Positions 1-13,530 are shown, counted from the stretch's first letter. The stretch: 64,000 nucleotides of DNA from Octopus vulgaris (GCA_951406725.2 OX597815.1:20584001-20648000); one strand, 5' to 3'. Numbers and translations: made by a program. Notes: generated from the letters alone by a model not told the origin.

Positions 1-35
<35 letters not shown>

Positions 36-459
36 TGTTCAGTCGCCTGTATGTGTGTTTGAATGTTTTTAGACATATATTATACGCACACATATTATAC
101 CAAATATTGACTGTCTACTCTGAGTTTCACCCTGGTCTGGACTTGTAACGTGAGAGACACAGCTGGGACGGAACCCAGAGTAGTGCGTCGACTTTTGAAA
201 CAATAATCTTATCTCTCCACTCTAGATAATGTAGTGAGTTCCGTAGCAGATATTGTTAAAGTGCACTTTAATATACTTTACAACACTTTATGATATTTCT
301 ACTTTATGATAGTTCTACATGTGGTTTGTGCTTGTCTTGCGTGCGTGGGCAACCGTGCACGTGAATATCACTGTATGCTTGTGTGTCTGTAACCGTGTAT
401 GTGCGCAAGCGCGAATGTATGCGCGCACGTGTACTCTATTCCTTTTCAGTAGAGATAGA

Positions 460-503
<44 letters not shown>

Positions 504-1317
504 GCCCGCACACATGCGCGCGTACACACACATACTTACATATATGTATGTATACACACACACGTACACAAACACCCATGCACACACACACACAGACACA
601 CAGACACACACACACACTTGTGTGTATTGATATGCTGCTTTATATATATATTTTTTGCTGCATGTGTGCGTATGTTTGTAAATGTGTGAGCGTATGTGTT
701 TGTGTATGTTGTGTGAGTTCGTATCATACATAAAATTTGTAGCTCAGATACTCACACAACGCATATGTATGTAATTATAAGCACTCGAATAGAGATATTG
801 AACGGATTGTGATAGAGAGGAAAGAATATAGAAACAGAAGGATTCATCCTTTTGCCTATTGCAAATATTCACTATCGACAAATGATATCAAAGTATAAAC
901 ACGACTCTCGAGATTAATATTACTTAACACTTAAAAAAATACCTCTCGTTTACGTTGTCCTTGCATTTCTACTTGTTTTTAGCCTCGGAGTCTCTGGCAG
1001 ACTCCCTTAGGGCAACACCAATCTAGATATTGACCATTATTATTTAGAAATGAAAGGTAAACTCCACGGCTAGAATCGTCAAAGTGTTGCTGAACTATAT
1101 ATTCAGTGAGTGCAGAAATCAATACATATTTATGTTGATATGCTCATATCAAGTGATGGGAAATTCTTCGTTGTTGCTCAACCAGTTAGGCATAGTAGCC
1201 TCGGAGTCGCTTTAAAACTTGCACTCGTTTGTTTGTTTTCACTTTTTTAATGTATGAAAAGGAAGGAAATAATAATATATCTCGTTATTTTTTCGAGATA
1301 TACACTATGCCTGTAAA

Positions 1318-2030
1318 TACGAGGAGGTGTGTTTCCATTGCATATATTGTCTCTTTGTCTCAGACTCAAAGAGATGAACCCAACTCTCATACTGGGTTAG
1401 GAAACGTTCGAGGAAATCAGTCAGACATCCTCAAACGATGTTAGGTTTTCCTGTGCTGTGATCATCAAACTGGTGCGCTTTTGATCAGGTTTCAGAAGAC
1501 ATAGCACCCACCGAATAGAAACCTTCGTATTGCTTAATTCATTGTGCAGAGTATTCTCAACACTCTCACAGGACATGCTAATAGCATTGGCTATTTGATT
1601 TATAGTCAATCGCCTGACATCCATCAGCATGTGGTGCGCACGCTCAATGTTTTCCTCAGTGGTAGCAGTTACAGGACATCCAGAGCTTGGGCCATGTTCA
1701 AGATTCTCCCTTCCCCTTCAAAAATTCAGCTGTCCACTTTCACACTGTTCATAAAGCTGGTGTGTCATCCCCTAATGTAGCACGGATGCCATTGGAGGCT
1801 AAATCATTTTTCTGCAGGTACGTGATTACACCACGATGCCAAATTGTGTCCATTTTCAAGAGAAGTCGGTACTGGTTACTTCTGAAGTCTTCTTTGATCA
1901 GTAGCATGTCAGTTTACCTGTAAGGAAACAATGCAATTATTAATAAGTAGAGTTGAAATTAATGCATGCATGCAAAATTTAGTATCACTCCTTCATAGCC
2001 ACCCTATGAACTTTTCAGCCCATCCTCGTA
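1318..2030 (-). mobile_element. Mariner transposon remnant, internally deleted
   Basis: Minus strand reads MDTIWHRGVITYLQK...RRLTINQIANAIS...KVSIRWVLCLLKPDQK (WVPHEL-like)...FLTQYESWVHLFESETKRQYMQWKH, with frameshifts. Both ends are TACGAGG/CCTCGTA. Confidence 0.9.
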
Positions 2031-2380
2031 AGATGATCATAACTGGAACATATTTTATCAGAGCCGATCTGAAGGACAAACAATGAAAGCATGGTGTTTC
2101 TTAACGCTCTAACACTGAAATAGATTTAAATATTTCTTTATTGCGCAAGACAGGAAGTAAGTTTTACTAGTTCTTACGGATTTTTATCAAAGTTGGTCAC
2201 CCCAGATGAAGTTCAATGTCGCTACTCGAGCAGAAGTGACAAAATGGCTCCAGCTTCAATTGTTTTCAGATTTGAAACTTCTGGAGAGAACTTGTTAATT
2301 GGAGACTTTTGCCAGGGAAATTTTGGGAGAGTAATTTTCATTTCACTTGGAAATGTTCCACTGCAACAACAATATCAAAT

Positions 2381-2571
2381 ACGCACAGGTGTGGCTGTGT
2401 CGTAAGAAGTTTGCATCCCAACCACAAGGTTCCGGGTTCAGACCCACTGTGTGGCACCTTTCGTAAGTATCGTTTGCTACAGTCACAGGCCGACCAAAGC
2501 CTTGTGAGTGGATTTGGTAAATGGAAACTAAAAGAAGCCTTCGTACACACACATATCGATACACATACACA
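2381..2571 (+). mobile_element. SINE family A, 5' half (older copy)
   Basis: A-box-like GTGGCTGTGTCGTAAG and B box GGTTCAGACCC. Homologous to full copies at 29346 and 35729. Confidence 0.85.
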
Positions 2572-3123
2572 CATTTTAAATTATTCGGTCAAATGTCAAA
2601 TTTCAGCATCGAGAAAAAACAAAAGGGACTGGAAACAACTAAAAGAATGTCTATGAGAATATTTGAAATGTCTAATACTTAGAATCTTACATAAGCCTGT
2701 GATATATAGTCCCAAGCTACCTAAAATCGAGCAGACCTATCTTCTATCAAAGGCGTTCCAGCCGTGGCTATGTCAGCTTCTTGTATGTCTAGAAACAAAT
2801 TGTACAATAATTTATTTCATTTTAAAGATACTTAGGATGATATTTAAAGGGATATTTGGATGCTATTTTCTGTCGGTCGAACGACTGCCGATAGATCCCG
2901 TAGGTTATTCGAGAGAGCTCGTCATTAATAACATGTAAATTAACGAAAGACATAGAAATGGTGATATACTAAAGTATCACGTGATTGTCTTGTTACCACA
3001 CTGTTCTAGCCCTGGCGATGTCATTACAATAGGGTCAGTGTTAGGAAACGATTTGTATAGTTCCTCCTAAAATAAAGTTTTGATTTTCAAATGTGATTGT
3101 ATTAATTTTAAAACACGCGCGCA

Positions 3124-3350
3124 CACATACATACATACATACATACATACATACATACATACATACATACATACATACATACATACATACATACATACAT
3201 ACATACATACATACATACATACATACATACATACATACATACATACATACATACATACATACATACATACATACATACATACATACATACGTACATACAT
3301 ACATACATACATACATACATACATACATACATACATACATACATACGTAC
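3124..3350. repeat. (CATA)n microsatellite
   Basis: Direct tandem tetranucleotide array; source of the MYVC/IHTY ORFs. Confidence 0.99.
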
Positions 3351-3352
3351 GT

Positions 3353-3475
3353 ACTGGAGAGTATATCATCCGAAAAGTTATGTTAACAACAAACAAGATG
3401 AGGACAAATATCCGTCAAATGTAAATAATGTAAATAATGTACATAATTCCCCATCTCTTAAATATAGAACTGTAC
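3353..3475 (+). mobile_element. Probable Penelope-like terminal fragment with the 3' half of a hammerhead
   Basis: Abuts a microsatellite. CTGGAGAGTATATCATCC-GAAA-AG-TT resembles stem II-GAAA-NN-UH of Penelope minimal HHRs; the CUGANGA half is absent. Confidence 0.4.
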
Positions 3476-3479
3476 CCTC

Positions 3480-3567
3480 CTAGGAGTTTTGAAAAGCGTA
3501 TGACAAAACAGCAAAATATATTGCAAAGAGGGTGGGTGCATCAAGGTCTCCTTGCTTTATTCCATTT
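3480..3567 (-). mobile_element. RTE-clade LINE reverse transcriptase fragment
   Basis: NGIKQGDLDAPTLFAIYFAVLSYAFQ matches the RT motif GVKQGCVLAPTLF. Confidence 0.75.
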
Positions 3568-4050
3568 TCCATACTTTTCCTTCTCCCTTTAGTCCATTGT
3601 CGCAAATGTTCTGCACTTTGTTTGCAGACACTATGCGGTGCCCAATATTTATCTTGCTCCCCCAGCTTGATTCCAAAATATGCCATATACGCTCTTTCAA
3701 CAAAATCAGTATGCTTTCTCGATTTTCAGGCAATGTGTATTCTCCACAAACATAACAAAACTCATTTGGAGAATTAACGCAACACGTCCTTGAAGAGGAC
3801 ATCTTGCTCATTTTCTGTTGCTTAGTTCACCGCAACGTATGGAAAAAGAAAAAAAAAACTTAGAATTAGAATAAGGTAACGAACACTGCGTAGTGGACGT
3901 ACACACATACATAGTGACTATAGGGATGCTTAATAACTTAAAAACTAGATCTGATAGGTCAAGAAAGAAAGTTGCATTTGGATCCAGGAGACCGATTTTG
4001 TATAGGAATGATGTCTATTTCCTAAACACCAAAAATCTTGTAGACCAGTG
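3568..4050 (-). mobile_element. DNA transposon 5' end and transposase N-terminus (CxNSPxxFCYxCGE type, probably TcMar-related)
   Basis: CCVNSPNEFCYVCGEYTL, then after a frameshift AYFGIKLGEQDKYWAPHSVCKQSAEHLRQWTKG. The terminus CACTGGTCTACAAG is next to TAA. Confidence 0.75.
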
Positions 4051-5799
4051 TTAGCTGGTAATTATTTGCCCTATAAAATACTTTTATAATTTTATCTAAA
4101 TTTTTTTAAAAAGTATATATTTTGAAAAAGTGAATGAAGATGTGACGAATTAATTACTTAATCAATGGATTGTTTATTGTTTGAAATAAACATAAAATAT
4201 ATCTATCACTCAGTTGGTTAATCAGACAAAGATTTCTTGCGGAGAGAGTGTGAGAAAGGTGGAGAAGGAGAGAAAGAAGAGGAAGAGAGTGTGAGATAAT
4301 GAGATAGAGAGAGAGATAGATGAATAGATAGATAGATAGAGAGAGAGGAGAGAGAGAGTGTGTGTGTGTGAGAGAGGGAGAGTGGGGAGAGAGAGAGAGG
4401 GGGAGAGAGTGAGTGAGAGAAAGAAAGAGAGTGAGGGAAGAGAGTGAGTGTGTGTGAGAGAGGGTAGTTTTGGATTGTTTCAAATAAGTGAAAGTCAAAT
4501 TTATAAATTCTTTCGAAGAAAAGTAAAGAAGCCATATATTGGCTGGATTACCAGTTATCGTAGAGCCACCATATTTTGATCGGTGGAAAAAAAAAACAAA
4601 AAAAACAATGGATGTCGATGATGATGGATGAAGCAGTGATGCTGCTGACTGTGATCTTGATGACGATGGGATGATGACAACAACAATGATGATAACGATA
4701 ACAATGATGATCTGACAATAACGATGATGATGATGAGTAGTAGTAACATATACTCGGTTGTAGAAAAGAAGCGGCATGTATTTCTCACAGTGTTAACTCC
4801 GGCAATCAAAATCCGTCTCATCAAAATGTCATGTGTCCTACCATTGTAACCGTTCCTATCTTTTCAGAAAAGCCTAACCACTTTACCCTTTTTTTTGTTT
4901 GTTCATGTTCTGTCATGATATATGCTTTATATCATGATAGAAAACCACTGAGCTTAACTCATACTGATCTGTTCTCTGCTACTATCTGATTATGTATTTA
5001 ACTTCTCATTTGTCCACATGTAGGAACATTTAAGAGGATTGATGCGTCACCAGGGTAACGTCGACGAAGAGGATAATCTCTATTCAAACGTTGCCTGATA
5101 GGATTGAAAATAGCTTTTTAAAAATCTGTGTCACTTAAGCCATTAAACTCATTAAGAACCACATTCCCAAAATTTAATATTATTAAAAGGTATTTTTTTT
5201 ATTTAGTGAATCATCATCAACAGAGATTTTCACGAAATCGTCGAGCATAAAATATAGAACATCCTTTGGTGTTCTTAATTTTAGGAAATTATTTCTCCTT
5301 TATGAAGAAATTGTATATCCCATTAATTATATCTTGTATCTGTGCCATTAATGAAAGAAATATTTCTGAAAAAGCTACAGAATATATTTTAACAAGATTG
5401 AATATTATTTCGAATTTTTCTTCTAAATTTCTAATTGCACAAATAAATTGACCATCCTCTATTTGTTTTCTTGCGTTCTGACAGCTAATAGCTGTAATCA
5501 GACGCTTGAAGTTGTACATTTGAATGACGTTCTCATTTTATCGGAAATAATTGTCCGACGCTACGCTACCGGTTCAAAAGCTTGCTATTAAATTGTATTT
5601 AAGAGGTCGTGGTGTTTTGTATTAAAGGTTACAATATCATCGCTTTACTTGATTAAATTCTGTGAGTAGATCTCAAATTATCTACCCCGATAAATAGCTA
5701 CAAATGTTACGTCATTAAAATATGTTAAACAATTATGAAGGCGCATGCAGGATTATTTAGAAGTAATCAAGTGAGTCAATAAGGGGCTTTCTACGTGAA

Positions 5800-5960
5800 T
5801 ATACGACCCACTAGAAATAACAGCCAAATTTTTCTCCACACACAATTTATGGTATCAAAACGAAATTACCCATTGAATATTCTATGATTGAAAATCAAAA
5901 GACGAGTGTATCGCGACAAGAATGTCCTTGATCATAGATCTGCTTGGGGATAAACAAGAA
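5800..5960 (+). repeat. Old dispersed repeat (family D)
   Basis: Motif GACC(C/T)RCTAGAAATAACAGCCAAAT recurs degenerately near 8910, 11757, 16260 and 16563, and inverted near 2850 and 30410. Confidence 0.55.
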
Positions 5961-5977
5961 CAAGAACAAAAGCAACG

Positions 5978-6042
<65 letters not shown>

Positions 6043-6639
6043 CATTTTTTCATATTGATCAATTTTTTGTTGCTTCTTTTTAAAATTTTCACTATTCTAA
6101 AAGCAGTATGTAAATTTCGGAAAGAATTCACGTGGGATCAGCCATTTCAAATAAATAAATAAATAAAATAAATTTAAAAAAAAATTCTTAACATAGAAAA
6201 TCAAATGCGATCACTTTTACAGAATTCTCAATGGCATATTGAGATATTAAAGACTATTTAAAATCGCAAAGGCACAAAGCAAGTTTAGTTGCTAGTTCGT
6301 CACGATTTAAAAACCGAATTGGAGTTTCATGTTTTCCGCTGAAGAAAGCACTTTTGCTTCGCATTCGGGTTTCCATGACTTGTGATTCAAGAATTGTTGC
6401 TCATCATCAACGTTGATTTCCAAAGTTTAGAGCCAAAGATTTCGTCTTACGCAAATTGGGAAACCGTAATTTTTAATGTAATTGCACCAGAATATAGGTC
6501 TAAGTTGGCTAAATACTAAAAAAACGAGAAAAACTTATGATAATTTCTATAGACGTTTCAAACCGAAAAATATGTTAAAGCGATAGCTTACATTATCCAC
6601 TACTATATTCTGGTTAGGGAGTTTATGCCAGTGGGTTAT

Positions 6640-6970
6640 GGTCATACTGGGGCACAACCAGTTTAGTTGATCATATCGACTCCATTTCTTAGTTTTTTAA
6701 AGTCTAGTGCTTATTTTGTCGATGTTTTCGAACCGTGAATTATGGGATATAAGCTCAAGAAAAGGCACAGACATACACATCATTCATGCATCATACACAC
6801 ATATACAATTTCCGTCGGACGACGGGGCTTGCACGCTTTGCGAGCTCCATGACCATTTCTCTCTTCCTTCCTGCCTCGCCGAAATTTCGCTCATAAGTTA
6901 CAAGTTATTGACCAATCCAAGACTATAACAGTAGATATTTACCATTGGTGTCACGCAGTGGGACTGAACC
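6640..6970 (-). mobile_element. Degenerate SINE A with an unrelated insert
   Basis: Diverged matches to SINE A tail (GGTCATACTGGGGCAC) and head (GTCACGCAGTGGGACTGAACC). Confidence 0.6.
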
Positions 6971-7177
6971 TAGGTGAGGCGGCTAGCATTTTAACCGATG
7001 CATTAATCTCAGTTATTGACAAGCGTGCTGATAGAAAAACAAAAACTTGTTGGATTTTGTGAAGACAACTCTGATCAAAATATTGTGGAGATAAAATGAA
7101 AGGGCAAGAACAGCATCATTACCCGATCAAAAATCAAACCTCGAAGGTACTTTATTGGCATTAGCTGTATTGCGCAC

Positions 7178-7410
7178 AAGGCGGCGAGCTGACAGAAACG
7201 TTAGCACGCCGGGCGAAATGCGTAGCCGTATTTCGTCTGCCGCTACGTCCTGAGTTCAAATTCCGCCGAGGTCGACTTTGCCTTTTATCCTTTCGGGGTC
7301 GATAAATTAAGTACCAGTTACGCACTGGGGTCGATGTAATCGACTTAATCCGTTTGTCTGTCCTTGTTTGTCCCCTCTATGTTTAGCCCCTTGTGGGTTG
7401 TAAAGAAAAT
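7178..7410 (+). mobile_element. SINE family B, full length
   Basis: tRNA-like head with B box GAGTTCAAATTCC and central GCCTTTYATCCTTTCGGGGTCGATAAA domain. 17-bp TSD ATTAGCTGTATTGYGCA at 7160 and 7411. Confidence 0.93.
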
Positions 7411-7843
7411 ATTAGCTGTATTGTGCATATTATGTACTCATATTTACACGGTGTGTAACTGTGTGTCCAAATAAACTGTTGATATATTACCAGTTCATAC
7501 AGAAGTACGCTTCATGAAAACTTTCAAATTTTTCACATAAAGGAAGTTTGTGACTATAAAAATCTATTACGACATGACAATACCAAACTTTTGTTAATGT
7601 TACCAGCAGTTAAAAAAGTTATTTACATTTTCACTTTTATTTTCAAAAACACCGTCTAGGATTGGTGAGGCAGTTGCTTTTAACAATTATTTTCGTAAAA
7701 TGCATTTATAGTTTGTACAAGGGTAGCTTAGCGTTGTCTTTTCAATAAAGCGTTTCTGTCCATAGAGAAATCAATGCCGACACTGTTGGATATCAGCCTT
7801 ATGCAAAACCTGATTACAAATAGAGAAGAATGATAAACCTGTT

Positions 7844-8028
7844 AATTTGTACTTCAATATGCAAAGTCCTTGCTGAAGGAATTTACGAAAAATGAGAACG
7901 TTTGTCTAAATTTTGTACTTCAATATGCAAAGTCCTTGCTGAAGGAATTTACAAAAAATGAGAACGTTTTTCTAAATTTTGTACTTCAATATGCATAGTC
8001 CTTACTGAAGTTATTTACAGAAAATGAT
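7844..8028. repeat. 66-bp minisatellite, about 2.8 copies
   Basis: GTACTTCAATATGCA recurs at 7849, 7915 and 7981. Confidence 0.92.
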
Positions 8029-8468
8029 GAAAATATTCAAAAAGTGAGAACGTTTTTAAAAAATTTTATGAAAAATCTTTATAATTGATCCCGGTTTCAA
8101 CTATGAAAATTATGATAATCTTTCATATAACAAATGAGAGAAAGCCCGTTAATACATACAAACACGAGGAAAATACTGAACACGAATACTATAATGGAAT
8201 GAAATTTAATGGAAGCTGAAACTTCAGATAATATGCGCATGCGTGCGTAACTATATCACTAACTTCTTGCTAGAAATTCACATAGGTGCCCATGTGGTTA
8301 GTAGTATCGGTAGAATAGTGTATAGGCAGCTGTTTACGTGTTATATCCACATGATGTGGTAGTCTAGCTGTGTAATTCAACCGGATCAACATGACCCATG
8401 TCGACAGACTGATATGAAGTCCTCTTTCTGTTGTGTGAGCGAAAAATAGTATAATACATAGAATAAAG

Positions 8469-8856
8469 GGCAGCGAGCTGGCAGAAACTTTAGCACGCTG
8501 GGTGAAATGCGTGGCCGTATTTCGTCTGCCGTTACGTTCTGAGTTCAAATTCCGCCGAGGTCGACTTTGTCTTTCATCCTTTCGGGGTCAATAAATTAAG
8601 TACCAGTTACGCACTGAGGTCGATACAATCGACTTAATCCGTTTGTCTGTCCTTGTTTGTCCCCTCTGTGTTTGGCCCCTTGTGGGTAGTAAAGAAATAG
8701 GTATTTCGTCTGCCGTTTCGTTGTGAGTTAAAATTCCGCCGAAGTCGATAAATTAAGTACCAGTTACGCACTGGGGTCGATGTAATCGACTCGATCCCTT
8801 TGTCTGTCCTTGTTTGTCCACTTTATGTTTAGCGCCTTGTGGGTAGTAAAGAAATA
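8469..8856 (+). mobile_element. SINE B with partial tandem duplication
   Basis: Full unit followed by a second unit starting at GGTATTTCGTCTG. 19-bp TSD TATAATACATAGAATAAAG at 8450 and 8857. Confidence 0.92.
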
Positions 8857-9100
8857 TATAATACATAGAATAAAGAATGAGCCAACACAGGAATCTCCAT
8901 AGGTTAACTTGACCTGCGAAAAACAGCAGTCAAATCTCAAAGAGAAGGGAAATTGTAGATATTATAGAGTTAGACATGGAATCTTGGCCATTGTTTGAAT
9001 GCTTTGAATCACAGGTCTGATGAACTATAATTGATCTGGAGCTAAATGACAGCTTTTATGCAGACATTGCACGTCCCTGGTCTGTGTATGTAGAGTGTTG

Positions 9101-9150
<50 letters not shown>

Positions 9151-10178
9151 AGTTAGGGGTTGTGGATCCAACCCACTAAGGGATAATACTTATCCAATAT
9201 ACTGTTGGTATAATACCCAAATTATTAATACACAAGTGTTTTTAATTGCAATGCAATAAATTTACTTATTGTATTAAATGGGTGAAGGTAAAGCAATATT
9301 TTATCATTAATTTATATGTGTGTGTGTGTGTGTGTGTGCGTGTGTGTGTATGTGTGCGTGTCTCTCTCTCTATATATATATATATACACACACATACATA
9401 CATATACATACGTGTATATGTATGTATCTGAAGGCGCTCCGATGTTTAACATACTTATAAAAATATTAGGAAGTAAATAAGTATAGCAATGTAGAATTGA
9501 TGGTATACTGCGTAAAAATATATTTCTTGGTCAACACTATATCCTCATACGATTAAATAACAATCAAACAAAATATGTATTCACATCGAAACGGAAGTGA
9601 CATTATTTTACACAATCTTCTGCTTTTTTATTTCTTTATTTAGTTTATCAATTTTCGGATGGACAGACGGCCATATGTTATCAGCGTCACTCGTAAATAA
9701 AAACCACTTCTATTTTACGCTGCCCAAGAAAGTTTTGAATATTTTATTCACATTCTTTGCAGTATAAATTTTCTTCGGAGTATTCTTCAAATATTAAACG
9801 ATGTGTAGTATTGCCACAAGTCATACAGTTTTCACTGGCAGAGAATATATATGAGAGAAATTTCGTAGTGCGAAGCAAGATATAATGATATTAATATAGA
9901 AGCAGCACAGATTGTCTTTCTTTGTCTCCCATTTTGCTGACCTCTATTGTTAACCCTTTACGACTAGAATATTTACCATATGCTGCTTCTTATTTACCTT
10001 TCTCCTTCTTGCATTTCTCTTATTTAGTTTCGACAATAAATCCGTTTATTCCTTTATCATTTTTTTTTTCCTTTACTGGTAGATCATAGAGATTAGCTTG
10101 GTGTGAAGTAAAGCGTGTAAAAGTGCTGGCGGCAAACCTAACTGCATAAATATTGTACATTATACAACCTGGTTTCCC

Positions 10179-10179
<1 letters not shown>

Positions 10180-10215
<36 letters not shown>

Positions 10216-10337
10216 TCACTCTCTCTCTCTCACTCACTCTCTCTCACTCACTCCGTCTTTCTCTCTTTCACTCTTATTCCATTCAATTGCTAATCTCCCT
10301 CTCTCTCTGCATATACTTACATACATACATACAAACA

Positions 10338-10430
<93 letters not shown>

Positions 10431-10459
10431 TATATATATATATGTATATATACATACAA

Positions 10460-10521
<62 letters not shown>

Positions 10522-10522
10522 A
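10180..10522. repeat. Compound (CT)n/(CATA)n/(TA)n microsatellite
   Basis: Direct tandem arrays. Confidence 0.97.
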
Positions 10523-11844
10523 TGTTACATTTTTCTTTCTTTACTCTCTCACTTTTTATCACACGCATTACTTCGTCTTTACTATTATTTTTATTTTGTT
10601 TGTGCATTAAATTGACCCTCACTTCTCTTCCATTTATCACCTTTCCAAACACACTACTGCGCCAGTAAGACTTCATCACATTATTATCGAACGTAGCAAG
10701 ATTTCAAGAGTGACTTTCCTTTCTTTACTTCTCCTCCCACTGTTTCTCTCACCAACTCCTCCACCCACGATATCACTCCTCTATTTAATCAGTAAAACTG
10801 CCGTTATCTTCCTTTTCTACTTTCTCTTTTTTTTTCTCACTTTCACACCAGAACAACTTGGACGTTCTTTCCTCTGCTGTTCTGCAATGCTGCCACTTCT
10901 AACGAACTCTTCATATGCCTTTAGCCGTTTTCACTGTTATCTATGCAAGTTTCATCCCTTTTATCTCAACTTTTCTTAGATGAAGTCTAAAGTCATCTTT
11001 AGTGCTAAATCTAGACATAACGAATCTATATATGCTTCTGTATTTTACTGCTATCCATTGCCTTGTGCGCATGTCAACCGCCATCTGTCGTCTATCAATC
11101 TGTTTACTCGTCACTGCCAAAGTTAGAAAGTGACAGGAACAAGTTACCACTGGCAGCGCACATTAATATTGCAAGTGGTAGTCTATCTACATCACAATTC
11201 TTTTCCTCTTTTTCTGGAATTCTAGGGAAAAAATTATAAGAAAGCTCCTTTCACAATAATAGAAGATAAGAAATTGATTTAAAAAAAACTAAATGAAAAC
11301 AAAAATAAATCGATAAGAGATGTTGAAAATTGATTAACTAAGATAAAAAGCCACAAAATAATTAAACGGTTATCTTAAACGATAAAAATATTTTCTTCAC
11401 TTTAAAGTATCAGTATTGGTGAGCTGGTTTTTCTTCGTCTTTTAACAGTATCTTCAAATTTTTTCCTTCTTGCTCCATAAATATTTCCTTCTGTATAAGA
11501 TTATCATAATTTATTTTCCCATATCTGTTTTCTGCAAACTATTATAATATATTTAACAATATTATAGTATTACTTTTATTGGTAGACTAGTAGTATCATA
11601 GCATTAACCAGCCCCATACCGGGTGGGGTGGAGATTGAGATTAATCCTTTGTTGCAGGTAATTTGATATTTTGAACGAAATGTGCAGCAGATATTACATT
11701 GTTGTGTTGTGGATTCTACATAATGGAGCCAACGAATGATTTCCTCAATGGTCGCACGATCTACTAAAAAGAGCATCCAAATCTCCTACAAACCATACTA
11801 CGTTTTTTTTTCTCTCTCTCTCTCTCCCTCTCTCTCATTCTCTA

Positions 11845-11875
<31 letters not shown>

Positions 11876-11974
11876 TAATGTGAGCGTTATTATGTTATAG
11901 TTATATGAATATATGCAATGAGCACACACGTACGCATGTGTGTATATATCTCATATATATATATATATATACAT

Positions 11975-12024
<50 letters not shown>

Positions 12025-12040
12025 GTATGTATATTATGTA

Positions 12041-13185
12041 TATGTAGATCTTTCAAATTGCTTATGTCAGTAGAAGAATTCTTTCTCTATAATAACTCTT
12101 CGACAAGTTTTTCTTCATGCAGACAAGTAATGGATTACAAGCAGAAACAATATGCTATCATTGAGTTCTCGACAAAGAGAGAGTGTAGGCTGTCTGACAT
12201 AAACGGGCGACTACAATTTATTTAGGAAGATGACACCATTGACAAAGAAAATGTGTACAGATCGATGAAGAAGTTCAAAGAACGGGAAATCAGTATTGAA
12301 GACAAAGCATACATTAAGATATCATCAATTTTGACTATTGACACGAATTTCTATCGATTAGTGAGTAGATTCTTCCAGACAAACGAGTTACAAACCACGA
12401 GCTTGTTGCATAACGGGGCTGTGGTCAAAAGGCATTACAGAAGATGTTGGAAGGCATTGAGTGTCGGAAAGTACCTGCAAAGTGGGTACCTTGGCAGATG
12501 GCACCTGATTTAAAGGAGAGAAGGGTGGACGTTTGCTCTTATGTTCTGAAAGAATCTGAAGTCAACGATGAAGACACATTTTCTTCTGGTCTGGGGACAA
12601 AGTATGAAACGAGAACATATTTATGGTTCGAAAACGAAGGCTCAGTTCACGGAACGACATCACACTTCTTCGATTGTCACAGAGTCATGGAGACTGGGCA
12701 TCATTTCTTTGATTTTCTGTGACGTGGCTGTACCATGAACAGTAAGAACTTGAGACATTAAAAAAGTTTAAGGAAGTGAGGAGAAAGAAACCAAACAAGA
12801 ATTTGAAAATAATTTATATTCAACATAACAATACATGATTATATACATCTTAAGCAACAAATTAGGCAATCGGGAAAATGGGTTGGTCATCTGTAGTCTA
12901 TACCCCGTTCAACACCAATCTGACGCTCAGTGACTTCACCTATTCGGTCCACAAAGGGACAGTTTTCGGGAATAGCGATTTAATGACACGGACAAGGTGA
13001 AAGCGGTTGTCAAGAAGTGACTACAACAATTCACACCTGAATTTTTTAAAGGTGAACCTAGAGTTGGGTTCAGTGAGGGCACAAATGCATATTTTGTTAC
13101 TATGAGGAAGACTAGAGAGGAAGATTACACTACTAACATGTGCAAGTTAAGCCCACTTTTGTATTACTTTCGGTAATACCTAGTA
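12041..13185 (+). mobile_element. Decayed near-full-length mariner transposon
   Basis: MDYKQKQYAIIEF...YRSMKKFKEREISIEDK...RKVPAKWVPWQM (WVPHEL), and a PFNTNLTLSDF (YSPDLAPSDF) remnant near 12905. Many stops and frameshifts. Confidence 0.85.
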
Positions 13186-13364
13186 TGCCAGTAAGTGTGT
13201 GTGCATATGTATGTGTATGTATATATATATATGTACATACATATATTAATATTAGTTTGTTTTTGTTTTATGTCACATTATATATAAAATCAATTTAACA
13301 TTATTAGGTTATTCAATACAATTTTATTACAGCACAAATTTATTAATATGCATATCGTTAGCTA

Positions 13365-13530
13365 CTACACACATTTTTTCCTCTCCTTGTTTTTTCTGTG
13401 TCCCTTTCTGTAGAAGAGCGTAGGCTCGAAACGTAAAATACTTTTTCTATTCCTGAGCGTTATACTAATACATCTGTTTGTTTTGTACACCACCTGTCTT
13501 CGTCTTTTGTTTGTTTCGTAACCTCTCCTA
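13365..13530 (+). mobile_element. Penelope-like terminus with variant minimal hammerhead
   Basis: CTGTAGA-A-GAGC-GTAG-GCTC-GAAA-CG-TA at 13408-13435; ends in (TA)n. Inverted copy at 14278-14425. Confidence 0.65.

Noticed and set aside
315-733. Overlapping 100-140 aa ORFs, and similar ones throughout ([16 protein letters not shown], poly-K/E/L)
   Set aside because: Translations of microsatellites that lack stop codons; no coding signal.
4154-4777. 207-aa minus-strand ORF
   Set aside because: Mostly GA and GAT simple repeats; the short unique middle has no recognisable domain.
5052-5097. TCGACGA-AGAG..CTCT..AAACGTT inside a short inverted repeat
   Set aside because: Hammerhead-like, but GAAA is missing and the core has multiple changes.
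6335-6368. CCG-CTGAAGA-AAGCA(CTTT)TGCTT-CGCATT-CGG
   Set aside because: No GAAA and no stem III; could be chance.
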